Positions 1 through 10,742 of a stretch of DNA of 64,000 nt are shown here, one piece after another (position 1 is the first letter of the stretch; every line of letters begins with the position of its first letter). Source of the stretch: Hyphomicrobiales bacterium (lineage in GTDB: Bacteria; Pseudomonadota; Alphaproteobacteria; Rhizobiales; OSC116); NCBI GenBank assembly GCA_002401855.1, contig NVUH01000015.1, positions 10,231 through 74,230 of the forward strand, read 5' to 3'. The translations under genes and the position numbers were made by a program. Below the pieces are notes generated by a model that ran no database searches, was not told the origin of the DNA, and saw only the letters and a list, made by a program, of their open reading frames with translations.

Positions 1-480
1 CCACACAAGGCCAGTGATAATCGCCGACATGGCATAAGGATACAAGAAAATGGTTCTAAATGTATTTTCAAAGCGAATTTTTTGGTCCATAAAGGCGGCC
101 AAAATAAAACCCACAACCAATGAGAATACCAAAGCAAAACCCGCATAAAGCGCTAAATTTTCAAGCGATGTCAACCACCTTGTATTGCCCCAAAGCCGAT
201 CATACTGCTTTAAGCCAACCCAGCTTTTACTCACAATGCCAGTGATAATCTCAAAATTTAATTCACCATCTTTATCAATCCAAGTCGGCACTGGGATGGC
301 GGCATATTCATGCCACGTAAATAATTTCTTGGGCAGTAATCTCGAGCCAGTGAACGAATATACAAATGACCAGACCGTACAACCAACAAAAATCACCAAT
401 GCCGTCAGAACCATCGGAATGGCTGCAATTTTAGCACTCATATTTCGGAATAATTGCGTGGGACGAGAAGTTTGTTCCAT
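1..480 (-). CDS. Carbohydrate ABC transporter permease (3' part runs off the window)
   Basis: Hand translation from ATG at 480: MEQTSRPTQLFRNMSAKIAAIPMVLTALVIFVGCTVWSFVYSFT..., hydrophobic, directly downstream of the sugar-binding protein. Not in the ORF track because it is open at the edge. Confidence 0.85.
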   Translation of the reverse strand, partial: MEQTSRPTQLFRNMSAKIAAIPMVLTALVIFVGCTVWSFVYSFTGSRLLPKKLFTWHEYAAIPVPTWIDKDGELNFEIITGIVSKSWVGLKQYDRLWGNTRWLTSLENLALYAGFALVFSLVVGFILAAFMDQKIRFENTFRTIFLYPYAMSAIITGLVW

Positions 481-560
481 CTAATTTCTCTCAATCTAGA
501 TAAGGCACAAGCAAAGCTTCAGCCTTTCAACCTAGAATATATATTTTATATGAACGTTAA

Positions 561-591
561 TGTCCTACCGATGATAAGCATCGGTAGGACA
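561..591 (-). terminator. Stem-loop between the SBP and permease genes (terminator or mRNA stabiliser)
   Basis: Perfect 13-bp inverted repeat tgtcctaccgatg / catcggtaggaca. Confidence 0.65.
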
Positions 592-611
592 AATATTAAT
601 CAAACTAACGA

Positions 612-1847
612 TTAGTCTGCATCGCCAATGATTGCGGCATAACCAGCTTGAACTGTTTCAGCTGTAATGCTCATGTCATTGTAGAATTCAACCATAAGGT
701 CATTAACTTGGTTTGCAGTATCTTCAGAGAATAACTGTGTACCTGAAGGAAGAATGTTATCTTCACCACCCGCAAGAATAGCCAAACCTTGTTTCATGCA
801 ATCATTTGCAGTTGAAAGGTCGATATCACCACGGATAGGTAAAGAACCTTTTTTCAAGTTAAATTGAACTTGAACAGGTTTTGACACCATCTGTGAAGCC
901 AAACGTAATTGAGCAGCAGTAATCTCAGCATCATCATTCACTGGGAAGTAGAATGCATCACCACCTGTATCAAGCACGTCACCATAACCTAGACCAACTA
1001 GACATGTATAGTCTTCGCCAGCAGTTTGGTTAGCAACTTGGAATTCGCCTTGCGCCCAGTCACCCATAATTTGACCACCAGCTTTACCAGTAATCACAAG
1101 GTTAGTCGCTTGGTTCCAGTCAGAAACGTCTGAACCAACAGACATCTTACGAGCGTCATCAAACGCTTGGAAGATTTTTGCATATTCTGCACCACCAGCA
1201 ACTTCAGCATTTTTATCGATATTCACTGCACGCCATGCTTCTTTAGAAACCATGTTTACAGCCAACACATTAAATGCGCCTGATGTTTGCCAAGATTGTT
1301 GACCCATTGCCAAAGGCACGATGTCTTTTTCACGCAATGCAGGAGCCGCAGCTACAAATTCTTCCCAATTTGTTGGAACGTCAATGCCAGCTTCTGCATA
1401 AGCCGCATGGCTCAACCAAATCCACTGCCATGAGTGAATATTAACTGGAGCACAGTAAATTTTACCGTCTACAGTACAAGCTTCAAGCAAAGATGAAGGG
1501 TAAATAAAGTCTGCCCAACCTTCTTTTTCAGCCAGATCAGTAAGATCCACCATCAAACCAGCTTCAATAAGCTCTTCGGCTTGGCGACCAGTGTTAAATT
1601 GTGTAGCACCCATTGGCTCACCACCAATGATACGAGACACCATGATAGGCCGCGCAACACCGCCACCACCAGCAATCGCACCATCAACCCAAGTGTCACC
1701 ACCTGCGTTAAAAGCTTTCGCAAATTCAGCAACAGCAGCAGCTTCGCCGCCAGATGTCCACCAATGAGTTACTTCAAGTTCTACCGCAGACGCTGGAAGC
1801 GCTACGGATGCTGCTAAGGCTGCAGCTAATAAAAAACGACACTTCAT
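612..1847 (-). CDS. Sugar ABC transporter substrate-binding protein (glucose/mannose type)
   Basis: Signal peptide, EVTHWWTSGGE and MGDWAQGEF motifs, RBS ggagg. Confidence 0.9.
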   Translation of the reverse strand: MKCRFLLAAALAASVALPASAVELEVTHWWTSGGEAAAVAEFAKAFNAGGDTWVDGAIAGGGGVARPIMVSRIIGGEPMGATQFNTGRQAEELIEAGLMVDLTDLAEKEGWADFIYPSSLLEACTVDGKIYCAPVNIHSWQWIWLSHAAYAEAGIDVPTNWEEFVAAAPALREKDIVPLAMGQQSWQTSGAFNVLAVNMVSKEAWRAVNIDKNAEVAGGAEYAKIFQAFDDARKMSVGSDVSDWNQATNLVITGKAGGQIMGDWAQGEFQVANQTAGEDYTCLVGLGYGDVLDTGGDAFYFPVNDDAEITAAQLRLASQMVSKPVQVQFNLKKGSLPIRGDIDLSTANDCMKQGLAILAGGEDNILPSGTQLFSEDTANQVNDLMVEFYNDMSITAETVQAGYAAIIGDAD

Positions 1848-1909
1848 TATAGGTTCCTCCCACTATATTATGTATCTATGTGATATCGACATTATTTACT
1901 TTGTGTAAA

Positions 1910-1925
1910 TCTAAATCGTTACAGA
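1910..1925. promoter_or_regulatory. Degenerate LacI-type operator upstream of the SBP gene
   Basis: tctaaatcgttacaga, an imperfect CG-centred palindrome resembling the site at 2156. Confidence 0.4.
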
Positions 1926-2155
1926 TATAAAGCTAACCGAGTCCAAAAACAAAATCAATAGAATTTTTCAACACACTTATATTTTAGGGTTAATTTGAGT
2001 CAAAACAGCCTGTTTATTTTGTTAACCAATAGCATTAACCATGCGCAAATCCTTGCCTTGGCTATCTTATAACGGGTCAATCATTTCTTTCTAAAATCCA
2101 TCTCAGACATTAGTCCTATGTATAAAAAAGCTATATATCCACATTTTGGACATAA

Positions 2156-2173
2156 AACTGAAACGTTTCAGTT
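2156..2173. promoter_or_regulatory. LacI-family operator
   Basis: Perfect 18-bp palindrome aactgaaacgtttcagtt with AAACGTTT core, between the divergent SBP and LacI genes. Confidence 0.75.
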
Positions 2174-2287
2174 ATTTCTTTTAAATTGCTTTAAAATATG
2201 TCAGTTTGTCAAATATCGAATCCTTGGGTGGGATTCTCGATATGTAAACTTCATAAGAAATTTACGCTTTCGACGGTAGTATTGGGC

Positions 2288-3349
2288 ATGAAAACAAACG
2301 ATATAAATGCGTCAAATGTAGATAATTCATCTACTGAGAACACAAAAACCAAACCGAGCGGCAAAAGCAGCCGGCCGACATTAAAAGACATCGCCTATAT
2401 GACAGGCCTTGGTGTCACCACTGTATCACGCGCGCTAAGCGACGCGCCAGACATTGGCAAAGCCACCAAAGCAAGGGTGCGTTTAGTTGCCAAACAAATC
2501 GGCTATCGGCCCAATCGTGCAGGCGTGCGCCTGCGCACCGGCAAAACCAATGTCATCGCCATTATTTTAAACACTGAAGAAGAAGCCATGGGCATGGCCG
2601 CCCCAATGGTGGCGGGTATTTCAAAAGTCATTGGCAACACCAGTTATCATCTTGTGGTCACACCTTACGATTTGAACCAAGACCCCTTAGATCCAGTACG
2701 TTATGTAGTCGAAACCGCATCTGCCGATGGCGTTATCCTTTCGCGCACCAAGCCAAATGATGCCCGCATCCGCTATTTAACCGAACATAATTTCCCCTTT
2801 GTCACCCATGGCCGTACCGACATGGGCATTGATCACGCTTATTTTGATTATGACAATGAGGCCTATGCACGCAATTCAGTGTCCATATTAGCCGAGAATG
2901 GCCGCAGCCAAATCTGCCTGATCGGCCCGCCCGATACTTTCACCTATCATCGGCATTTGGTCGATGGGTTTCGCAGTGAATTGGACAAAAGAGATTTGCT
3001 CGAAATTCCCATTCATGGCGTGAGTACCGATAGCCCCCTCAATGAGATTGAAGCAGAAATTTTACGGCTCATGAAATCACGCCATCGGCCAGATGGCATT
3101 ATATGCGCCAGTGCCCAAGCAGCCATTTCAGCCACCGCCGCCGTCGAATCCGCAGGCTTTAAATTAGGTCAAGATGTCGACATCATTGCCAAAGAATCAT
3201 TCGAATTGCTCAAAAGGTTTCGTCCCGAGCTCATTGTATTCGAGGAAAATTTCCACACTGCTGGGCGTATATTGGCCGAAACCATCCTAGCCATCATCAA
3301 AGGCGAAAAACCCTCAGATCACCAAAATCTACAAAATTCAAATTACTAA
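2288..3349 (+). CDS. LacI-family transcriptional regulator
   Basis: TLKDIA...GVTTVSRAL HTH, YRPN hinge, sugar-binding domain. Start placed at ATG 2288. Confidence 0.92.
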   Translation: MKTNDINASNVDNSSTENTKTKPSGKSSRPTLKDIAYMTGLGVTTVSRALSDAPDIGKATKARVRLVAKQIGYRPNRAGVRLRTGKTNVIAIILNTEEEAMGMAAPMVAGISKVIGNTSYHLVVTPYDLNQDPLDPVRYVVETASADGVILSRTKPNDARIRYLTEHNFPFVTHGRTDMGIDHAYFDYDNEAYARNSVSILAENGRSQICLIGPPDTFTYHRHLVDGFRSELDKRDLLEIPIHGVSTDSPLNEIEAEILRLMKSRHRPDGIICASAQAAISATAAVESAGFKLGQDVDIIAKESFELLKRFRPELIVFEENFHTAGRILAETILAIIKGEKPSDHQNLQNSNY

Positions 3350-3393
3350 ATTAATTTGGACTCGAGCCAAATGGAGACCTGTCGAATTTTAAT

Positions 3394-4299
3394 TTATCTA
3401 TCTTGTTTTTCAAGCCATGCGATAATTTCACGATAAACTTCATCTTTATTAATCTCATTTAACATTTCATGACGCCCATTTTCAAACAACTTCAAGCTCA
3501 CGTTTTTTTGCCCATTGGCTTCATAAGCTTCCAATAATTTAGGCAATCCTTTGCCCATCAAGCCCACAGGGTCGCGCGTTCCGCCCAAAATAAATATCGG
3601 CACTTCGATAGAAATTTTCTTAAATCCCGATGTGCTAAATAAATCTATTAAGCTCCCCAAAAAATCCACCCATAAACCCGTGCTGCAGTCAAAACCACTC
3701 AGTGGATCAGCTATATACTTATCAACCTCACTCGCACTACGGGTTAGCCAATCACAATCAGTGCGGTTGGGTTTAAAGTTTTGATTAAAACTGCCAAACG
3801 AAAGAAATTGTAACAATTTACTACTCTTATCAAAACCCAACCGAAACCGCTCTATTCTTGCGATGGCGCGGCCAGCCCGCGATAACCAAACAGCCTGATA
3901 ATTCGATCCCGACAAAACAACACCATCAATAGCCTTAGGCTGCGTAGACAAATAAGATTGCGCAATAAACGAACCCATCGAGTGACCAAAAACAAAATAA
4001 GCCAACTCATCACCACAAACCTCATCTCGCACAATAGATATATCATTCAATAAACCCTGCCAGCCATTTTCCGCGATATATGAACCAAGTATAACACCCT
4101 CCCCAGTGCCATGCCCCCGATGGTTATGCGCCACAACCGCATAACCAGCAGCCGCCAAATTTTCCGCAAAATCTGTATAACGTAACGCATGCTCGGCCAT
4201 ACCGTGAAAAATATGAACCCAAGCTTTCGCTTGTCCATGAGGCCAAACAAACACTTCAATCTGGTGCCCATCTTCCGCAATTATGGTTTTTTTAATCAT
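3394..4299 (-). CDS. Alpha/beta hydrolase, lysophospholipase-like
   Basis: HGMAEH, HRGHG, GHSMG nucleophile elbow, RHEMLNE. Confidence 0.88.
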   Translation of the reverse strand: MIKKTIIAEDGHQIEVFVWPHGQAKAWVHIFHGMAEHALRYTDFAENLAAAGYAVVAHNHRGHGTGEGVILGSYIAENGWQGLLNDISIVRDEVCGDELAYFVFGHSMGSFIAQSYLSTQPKAIDGVVLSGSNYQAVWLSRAGRAIARIERFRLGFDKSSKLLQFLSFGSFNQNFKPNRTDCDWLTRSASEVDKYIADPLSGFDCSTGLWVDFLGSLIDLFSTSGFKKISIEVPIFILGGTRDPVGLMGKGLPKLLEAYEANGQKNVSLKLFENGRHEMLNEINKDEVYREIIAWLEKQDR

Positions 4300-4450
4300 C
4301 TATCAATCCTATTCAATATCCAGAAACCGAATTCAAGCAAAGAATCATTAAAAATAATTGTAACATCAAATCTAGCCTATATAATTAAATAATAAGGGTC
4401 GTTGAAATTTACGCCTAGCAAGCTCAAATCTTTTAAAGGCAGGCGTAACA

Positions 4451-4693
4451 ATGAGTACTGGCAACAAAAACCCTCCCAAAACACCACACTTCGACTGGCA
4501 CAAGATAACATTATCAAAAGATACAGTGATCACAAATAATTATAAGAACAGTCAAAATATCAGGTGGTTTTTCACTGCCAATTTGGGTGAAAGCTTCAAA
4601 TTCAATATCGAGTTCATGGCTTGGATAAAGGCCAATTCAGGCAAAACGCTTGGAGATGCATGTTTACAGTATCAAACGATGAAAAAAGCCTAA
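4451..4693 (+). CDS. Small DUF6434-like protein
   Basis: FDWH...TVITNNYKNSQNIR...FKFNIEFMAWIK pattern. Confidence 0.6.
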   Translation: MSTGNKNPPKTPHFDWHKITLSKDTVITNNYKNSQNIRWFFTANLGESFKFNIEFMAWIKANSGKTLGDACLQYQTMKKA

Positions 4694-4940
4694 AACACAG
4701 TCTAACTTTCATTCTAAAATGAAATATTTCACCAACAACCGCACCGCTATCTGCCCGCACACCGCATTAAACTAAAAAACACTCAAATAGAGCCTTTATT
4801 TATAACCAACAATAACAAAATTAAGATTTGCTTTGAATGAATGGTCTACTATACTCATTCGATAAACCGATTACCTGCGTCTAAATTTCAACATTTGTCT
4901 TTGACGGCAGAATAACCAGATTTAGATGGATTATAATTGA

Positions 4941-6629
4941 ATGCAATTATCAGCAATAGAAACCTTAATATATTTACCCGGCAGCGCCGCATTGCTGCTT
5001 TGGGGCGCCCGAATGGTACGAACAGGCTTTATGCGCGCCTATGGCGCTGAGCTTCGTGAAGGCTTAACAAAAAACCTATCCAATCGCTTTGTCGCCGCTT
5101 TTACGGGATTTTTTGCCGCCCTCGTCTTACAAAGCTCCACAGCCGTCGCCATGCTAACAACATCTTTTGCATCAGCGCAATTATTACCATTAGGCACAGG
5201 TCTTGCCATCATGCTCGGCGCCGATTTCGGCGCCGCCATCATTGCTCAATTATTATCCCTAAACATCAAAGCCTTATGGCCTTTATTATTGCTGATAGGC
5301 TATATTTTACATAGCATGTACGACAAAAAATTTGGCAATGGCAAGCAAATCGGCCGCATATTCTTGGGGCTAGGCTTTATACTATTATCGCTCACCCAAT
5401 TGTCGATTGTCGCCCAACAACTCGAATCCAGCAATCTATTATTAGTCATCCTGCAAACATTACAATCAGAACCAGTTTTAGCCGTTATCATTGCCGCCAT
5501 CCTCACCTATTTCACCCATTCAAGCCTTGCGGTCATTTTGTTAATTGCAGGTTTTTCAGCCGCAGGAATCATCAATAACGACCTTATCTATCCACTTGTC
5601 TTGGGTGTAAATGTCGGCGGCGCATTGCCCGCATTGATCATGAATTTAAAAGAGGCTCCAACCTCTAAACAAATTGTTTTGGGCAATTTTCTATTTCGAG
5701 TGACGGCGGCTATTTTGGGTTTGCTGGGTCAAAACTTTATAAACCCAGCTTTGTCGAATATTATGGCTTATCTAAGCCTAGGCTCGTTCATCGAGTATAC
5801 AGTGTTCGTGCATATCATGTTCAATTTGATATTATTTTTCGGCTTCATCGGGTTAATCAGCCCCATAGCAAAAATATTGCAATCCATAGTCTCTGCTGAT
5901 AACCAAAAAAGCCAAGCTTTCAAACCAAATTATTTAAAACCATCCGCACTTGAAATGCCCGAAATTGCGCTTAACCTTTCAGCCCGCGAGACTTTGCATT
6001 TAATTGATCGAGTCGAAAATATGCTTAGCCTGTCATTTGAAGCTTTAAAACAGCTTGATGAATTTAAACGCCGCGATGCCAAGGCTATAGACAAAGAAAT
6101 CATTTTATTGTCCAAAGCCATTAAGGACTATTTGGTGGCATTAACTCAACAGCAATTAGATACAAAGCAGAGCAATAGAGCCATAGAAATTATCAATTTC
6201 ACCACCAATTTAGACCATATTGGCAATGAATTGAGTAAAAACATGCTCGAGACAATTGGCCAAAAAATCAAACAAAACAAACGTTTTTCGGTTGCGGGCA
6301 TGCAAGACATTACCGATATGTACGAGTATATCCAGGTGACCTTACAATTGGCAGTTAAAGTGTTTATGGATCAAGACATCGTCAGCGCCCGCGAGCTTAT
6401 TAAACGTAAAGAGCTATTTCGCCAAACCGAATATGACAATCGCTTGCAACATTTAGCGCGGCTGAAAAAAGGTGATATCAAATCTCTAGAAACCAGTGCA
6501 TTTCACCTCGATATTCTACGAGATCTCAAACGCATTAATAGCTTCTTATCATCATCAGCCTATCCATTATTAGAAGAAGCTGGCGAGCTACAACCAAGCC
6601 GCCTAACCCCATCATTCCCTCCAAGCTGA
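4941..6629 (+). CDS. Na/Pi cotransporter family protein (YjbB-like, with PhoU-like C-terminus)
   Basis: QSSTA and HSSLA repeats, GADFG/GVNVG, C-terminal HLDILRDLKRINS. Confidence 0.9.
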   Translation: MQLSAIETLIYLPGSAALLLWGARMVRTGFMRAYGAELREGLTKNLSNRFVAAFTGFFAALVLQSSTAVAMLTTSFASAQLLPLGTGLAIMLGADFGAAIIAQLLSLNIKALWPLLLLIGYILHSMYDKKFGNGKQIGRIFLGLGFILLSLTQLSIVAQQLESSNLLLVILQTLQSEPVLAVIIAAILTYFTHSSLAVILLIAGFSAAGIINNDLIYPLVLGVNVGGALPALIMNLKEAPTSKQIVLGNFLFRVTAAILGLLGQNFINPALSNIMAYLSLGSFIEYTVFVHIMFNLILFFGFIGLISPIAKILQSIVSADNQKSQAFKPNYLKPSALEMPEIALNLSARETLHLIDRVENMLSLSFEALKQLDEFKRRDAKAIDKEIILLSKAIKDYLVALTQQQLDTKQSNRAIEIINFTTNLDHIGNELSKNMLETIGQKIKQNKRFSVAGMQDITDMYEYIQVTLQLAVKVFMDQDIVSARELIKRKELFRQTEYDNRLQHLARLKKGDIKSLETSAFHLDILRDLKRINSFLSSSAYPLLEEAGELQPSRLTPSFPPS

Positions 6630-6635
6630 ATTAAA

Positions 6636-7307
6636 TCAGCCGCTAAAAAACAGAACAAATGCAACCACACCAAAAGCCGATAAAATACATAGAAACGCCC
6701 CTATATGCTTAACTTTAAGCGTCTTTTTTTCAGCCGATTTCCTCCACCCAACAATCATCGGTGTAATTAAATTCTGCTTGAAGAATATATAATATATCGC
6801 AATCGCCAATAAATGCACAGCGATGATCAGCATCACTAAATTCGCCCCGATCGGGTGATAATAACTTGCATTGTCCAATAAAAAATCAGAGCCATAGCGA
6901 GCCAGCGGCCCTTCTAAAAATATCTCTTCATCATAATAAAACAAGCCACTAAAAACTTGAGCAATGAGAATAAACAACATAGCCATGATCGAAACAGCCG
7001 CAATCGGGCTATGCCCATAACTTGCAATATGTTCTGGGGTATTTTTCAAAGATTTTAAATAATCAACAATCGCCAACGGGCCTTTTACAAAATTTTTAAA
7101 TCTTGCGGTCTCACTGCCAAACAAACCCCAAACCAGCCTAAAAACCAGCAATCCAACAATACAATATCCAGATATAAAATGCACAGTTAAGCTATCAAAA
7201 TATTTAATCGATATAAACGAGGTCAATACAAAAAAGGTCAACAACCAATGGAATATCCTAATATAAATATCCCACACCTCAGATTTATGAGATTCTCCAT
7301 TTTTCAT
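6636..7307 (-). CDS. Cytochrome b/b6 domain membrane protein
   Basis: WDIYIRIFHW, GH.P and conserved His residues in TM helices. Confidence 0.85.
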   Translation of the reverse strand: MKNGESHKSEVWDIYIRIFHWLLTFFVLTSFISIKYFDSLTVHFISGYCIVGLLVFRLVWGLFGSETARFKNFVKGPLAIVDYLKSLKNTPEHIASYGHSPIAAVSIMAMLFILIAQVFSGLFYYDEEIFLEGPLARYGSDFLLDNASYYHPIGANLVMLIIAVHLLAIAIYYIFFKQNLITPMIVGWRKSAEKKTLKVKHIGAFLCILSAFGVVAFVLFFSG

Positions 7308-7421
7308 AATTACCTCTTAACTCGTTCAAGTATAGTTTATAATTATTATAATTTTAAATTGTAATGAAAATATATTAATGCAATATATTTATGTTCCTAT
7401 GCAAATAATCAAAGAGAAACT

Positions 7422-7844
7422 ATGAAATATTTACTCACAATGACTATAGCCGCATTATTTTCACTATCTATTGTCGCACAAGCAGATGATTTATCCGAGC
7501 GCAAAATAGTAATGAAATCACTTAATGATTATCTAAAAATACTAAATGCACAAAAAAGCGATTTTAACGCTGACATCGTCACCAAACAAGCAACCAATGT
7601 CCTAGCCGCATTCGAAAAATCTCAAAACCTATTCAAAGAAAAAGGCACCGGAGAAACCCGCGCCCTCGATACCATCTGGACAGATAAAGCTGGCTTCTCA
7701 AAAGCCCTTTCAAACAGCATCCAAGCCGCCCAAAACCTAAAATCAATCGGCGAAAATAACCAACAAAACATGTATGCCGATGGCTTCGCCCAACTAGGCC
7801 AATCCTGTGGTAGTTGCCATAGAAACTACCGCGCCCGCCGCTAA
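7422..7844 (+). CDS. Cytochrome c' (class II c-type cytochrome)
   Basis: Signal peptide, A...IW motif, C-terminal CGSCH, divergent from cytochrome b. Confidence 0.88.
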   Translation: MKYLLTMTIAALFSLSIVAQADDLSERKIVMKSLNDYLKILNAQKSDFNADIVTKQATNVLAAFEKSQNLFKEKGTGETRALDTIWTDKAGFSKALSNSIQAAQNLKSIGENNQQNMYADGFAQLGQSCGSCHRNYRARR

Positions 7845-7874
7845 ACATCCACTCGATCAATTGTTGTAATTAAC

Positions 7875-7900
7875 CTCATCGGCACTCCAGTGCCGATGAG
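7875..7900 (+). terminator. Intrinsic terminator-like hairpin
   Basis: ctcatcggcac-tcca-gtgccgatgag followed by a T-rich stretch. Confidence 0.65.
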
Positions 7901-7959
7901 TCCTGTTTTGTGCCTGATCGGTATAGTGCAATATATCATCACTCAATTTTCAACAGCTT

Positions 7960-8473
7960 ACGCCAAACCGCACCCCCAGAACGCCAATAATAAGTGGCAC
8001 AATGCCACCTCCCGTCAACAATAATGCCAACACCCCACCTGAATGTTAGCGGATAATAATCAACGAGTAGATTATTATGACAATCCCAAGAATAAACGCA
8101 GCGATACCCGTAATTTGAAAGTTTGGAATAATTGTCATAGCAAATTCACAAGCATGCCAGATATTTTCTGCATCAATTAGGTAGCCCCCAGCTACAATTG
8201 AAAATATAGCGCCATCAATAAAGCAAAACCAAATGGCAAGCCAGAGCGCGTTAATACAAATGCCCATGCAATTGAAACCACTAACACGGTAATCATTGAC
8301 ACATCACCCCCGCGGGAGATGACAACCAATGCCAACGCCATAATGCCTAAACTAGACACACTACGAATGAGAGAAAGTAAATTATTAAATGCAAAAAAAT
8401 TGAGCAAAAACAATGAAAAGCCAAACTTAAACGACATCAATTTTATTGCCTCCTCAGAAAGATGGATTTGCAT
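7960..8473 (-). pseudogene. Fragmented RbsC-type sugar ABC permease
   Basis: NLLSLIRSVSSLGIMALALVVISRGGDVS resembles the RbsC N-terminal motif; split over frames with stops; boundaries approximate. Confidence 0.5.
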
Positions 8474-8519
8474 ACTCAGAAATACCCTCTACTATCGTGA
8501 CAATGTGCGCAAAGCCGAG

Positions 8520-8594
8520 GGCGAAGGCGTAAAACGCGACAAACACGGTTATTATTGAATCACAGGCCGTGTAGATGACCAATTAAACGCATCA
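8520..8594 (+). pseudogene. Short fragment of acetyl-CoA synthetase
   Basis: GEGVKRDKHGYY*ITGRVDDQLN resembles the GDGA.RD.DGYYWITGRVDD..N motif, with Trp changed to TGA. Confidence 0.65.
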
Positions 8595-8739
8595 CCGCCT
8601 TTAAACAAGTTGCGTTAAAATGCGCCATGGTTATAGATACATTCAGCCTGTATTATTCAATAACTTAAAATCACTTAGCCCTTAGTATTAAATGTTTTTT
8701 AGGTTATTCTGGCTAATCTAGCGAAATTGAAAAGGGCTT

Positions 8740-9468
8740 ATGATGAAAAAAAATTTAGGGGCTACCCATGCATTGAGAGCGGTTTTCGCCATTAGAGATA
8801 AAATCTTAAGCGGTCAATATTCTCCTGGCGATAGGTTGGGCGAGGTGGCGATTGCCGAAGAACTTAATATTTCGCGCACTCCGGTGCGTGATGCCCTCTC
8901 GCACCTTGCGGGCGAAGGCATGCTAGAGCGCGCATCAACTGGCGGGTTTGTCATTCGTGATTTTGGTTTTGATGACATCGCCGACTCGATAGAATTACGC
9001 GGTATACTAGAAGGTACAGTAGCCAGACTGGCCGCCGAACGCGGTGCGTCCAAAGTAAGAATGAACAAGTTAGATAAAATCATATTGTCTATAGATGAGT
9101 GTTTCGACACCGAAAAATTCAAAGTAAACCGTACTTTATATGCCGAAAGAAATGCCGAATTTCATGAGGAGTTTGGCAAGCTATCAGGTAGCGAAGTGAT
9201 GGAGCGCGAACTATCCAGAGTGATGAAAATGCCCTTTGCTTCACCTTCGGCTTTCCTGTCGAACAAGAAAGAATCACGCGCATATTATTTAGAACTTTGC
9301 ACAGCCCAGCAACAGCACCGTGATATATTGTTGGCAATTGCCAAAGGCCAAGGCACCCGTGCAGAAGCCATCGCCCGCGCCCATGCCAATTTGGCCATGG
9401 TCAGTTTAGGCGAAACATTGGCAATTAACCCATTAAAATTCACCAGCCAAAACTCAAAATCCAAATGA
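8740..9468 (+). CDS. GntR-family regulator (FCD/VanR-like)
   Basis: ISRTPVRDAL wHTH, NAEFH...QQH FCD motif, PFASPSAF. Confidence 0.9.
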   Translation: MMKKNLGATHALRAVFAIRDKILSGQYSPGDRLGEVAIAEELNISRTPVRDALSHLAGEGMLERASTGGFVIRDFGFDDIADSIELRGILEGTVARLAAERGASKVRMNKLDKIILSIDECFDTEKFKVNRTLYAERNAEFHEEFGKLSGSEVMERELSRVMKMPFASPSAFLSNKKESRAYYLELCTAQQQHRDILLAIAKGQGTRAEAIARAHANLAMVSLGETLAINPLKFTSQNSKSK

Positions 9469-9487
9469 ACGGGCTTGCAGGTTTCAA

Positions 9488-10717
9488 TTAGCCCGCCATC
9501 AACGTTTTCACCTTTTCTCGAATGTCAAAATCGGCCAGCATCACCATTTCCTGTTCAATAACAACATTAGCCTCAAGCGCTTTACGCACCATGGCATAGG
9601 TTGCAGGGTCGTTTAAACTATCAACTGCAATAAGCTTTTGTTGGGCAAAGTAATAATGCGAAACCGCGCCTTCGCGTTTGCCATGTTTAACAATAACCGC
9701 GTCATACCCTCGGTTCAAACCAGCAATTTGCAATTTTATCTCAAATTGGTCAGACCAAAACCACGGTTTGGGGTTATATACAATCTCATTGCCCAAAATA
9801 TTGGCGGCGGCTATCGCACCTTGGTCATGGGCATTTTGCACCGATTCTAAACGTGTCGGCTGTTGATCGAACGGCAACGACACACAATCACCCGCCGCAT
9901 AAATATCGGCATGGCTGGTGCGGCAATATTCATCAACTATAATGCCGTTTAAAGTTTTTATACCGGCATTTTGCGCCAACTCGACATTAGCGGTAACTCC
10001 AATACCAACCACAATAAAGTCCAGCGCAATAACCTCACCACTCGACAACCGAACATCACAGGCAATGCCGTTTTCTTCAATAATCTTGAGCAATTGAGTG
10101 TTTTCTAAAATACGCACATTTTTTTGTTGATGTAAGCGGCGAAACTCATCTGATGTTTCGGCACAAGCCACACGCTTTAAAATACGATCAGCGGCCTCAA
10201 TAATGGTCACGTTAAGGCCTTTTTTGGCAGCTTCAGCAGCAGCCTCAAGGCCAATATACCCACCACCAATGACAATCAGGTTTTTATCTGCTTGCATATT
10301 ATCAATCAACCAATTGGCATCAGATAAATTTCGCATGGTTCTGACATTGGGCAAGTGCCCCCCAATATCGGCAGGTAAGCAGCGGGCAGTGGCACCAGTA
10401 GCCAGCAGCAATTTATCATAACTTTGCCAGCCGCCGCTCGCCAGTTGGAGCTGTTTTTTATCTGGGTCTATGCTCGTCACTTGGGCGTTGAGTTGCAAGC
10501 CAATACGCTGTTTTTCAAACCATTGTGCAGGCTTTAAACATAGCCGTTCTATCGGCATCACGCCCGCCATATAAGCTTTAGACAATGGTGGCCGTTGATA
10601 GGGTAGAAACCCTTCTTCAGAAATGATGACAATTTCCATGTCTGCATTCAACTGCCGCAATTTTGCAGCTGCGGCAATGGCTGCATGACTGCCGCCAATA
10701 ATTACAGTTTTAGTCAT
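9488..10717 (-). CDS. NAD(P)H:ferredoxin reductase (putidaredoxin-reductase type)
   Basis: PYQRPPLSK, GGGYIGLE, AAGDC, RLESVQNA, PWFWSDQ. Confidence 0.92.
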   Translation of the reverse strand: MTKTVIIGGSHAAIAAAAKLRQLNADMEIVIISEEGFLPYQRPPLSKAYMAGVMPIERLCLKPAQWFEKQRIGLQLNAQVTSIDPDKKQLQLASGGWQSYDKLLLATGATARCLPADIGGHLPNVRTMRNLSDANWLIDNMQADKNLIVIGGGYIGLEAAAEAAKKGLNVTIIEAADRILKRVACAETSDEFRRLHQQKNVRILENTQLLKIIEENGIACDVRLSSGEVIALDFIVVGIGVTANVELAQNAGIKTLNGIIVDEYCRTSHADIYAAGDCVSLPFDQQPTRLESVQNAHDQGAIAAANILGNEIVYNPKPWFWSDQFEIKLQIAGLNRGYDAVIVKHGKREGAVSHYYFAQQKLIAVDSLNDPATYAMVRKALEANVVIEQEMVMLADFDIREKVKTLMAG

Positions 10718-10742
10718 TTTACTTTCCGTATTCTGAATATGT

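Noticed and set aside
185-484. 99-aa plus-strand ORF and the many other short ORFs overlapping long genes
   Set aside because: Antisense or off-frame shadows of well-supported genes, with no motifs of their own
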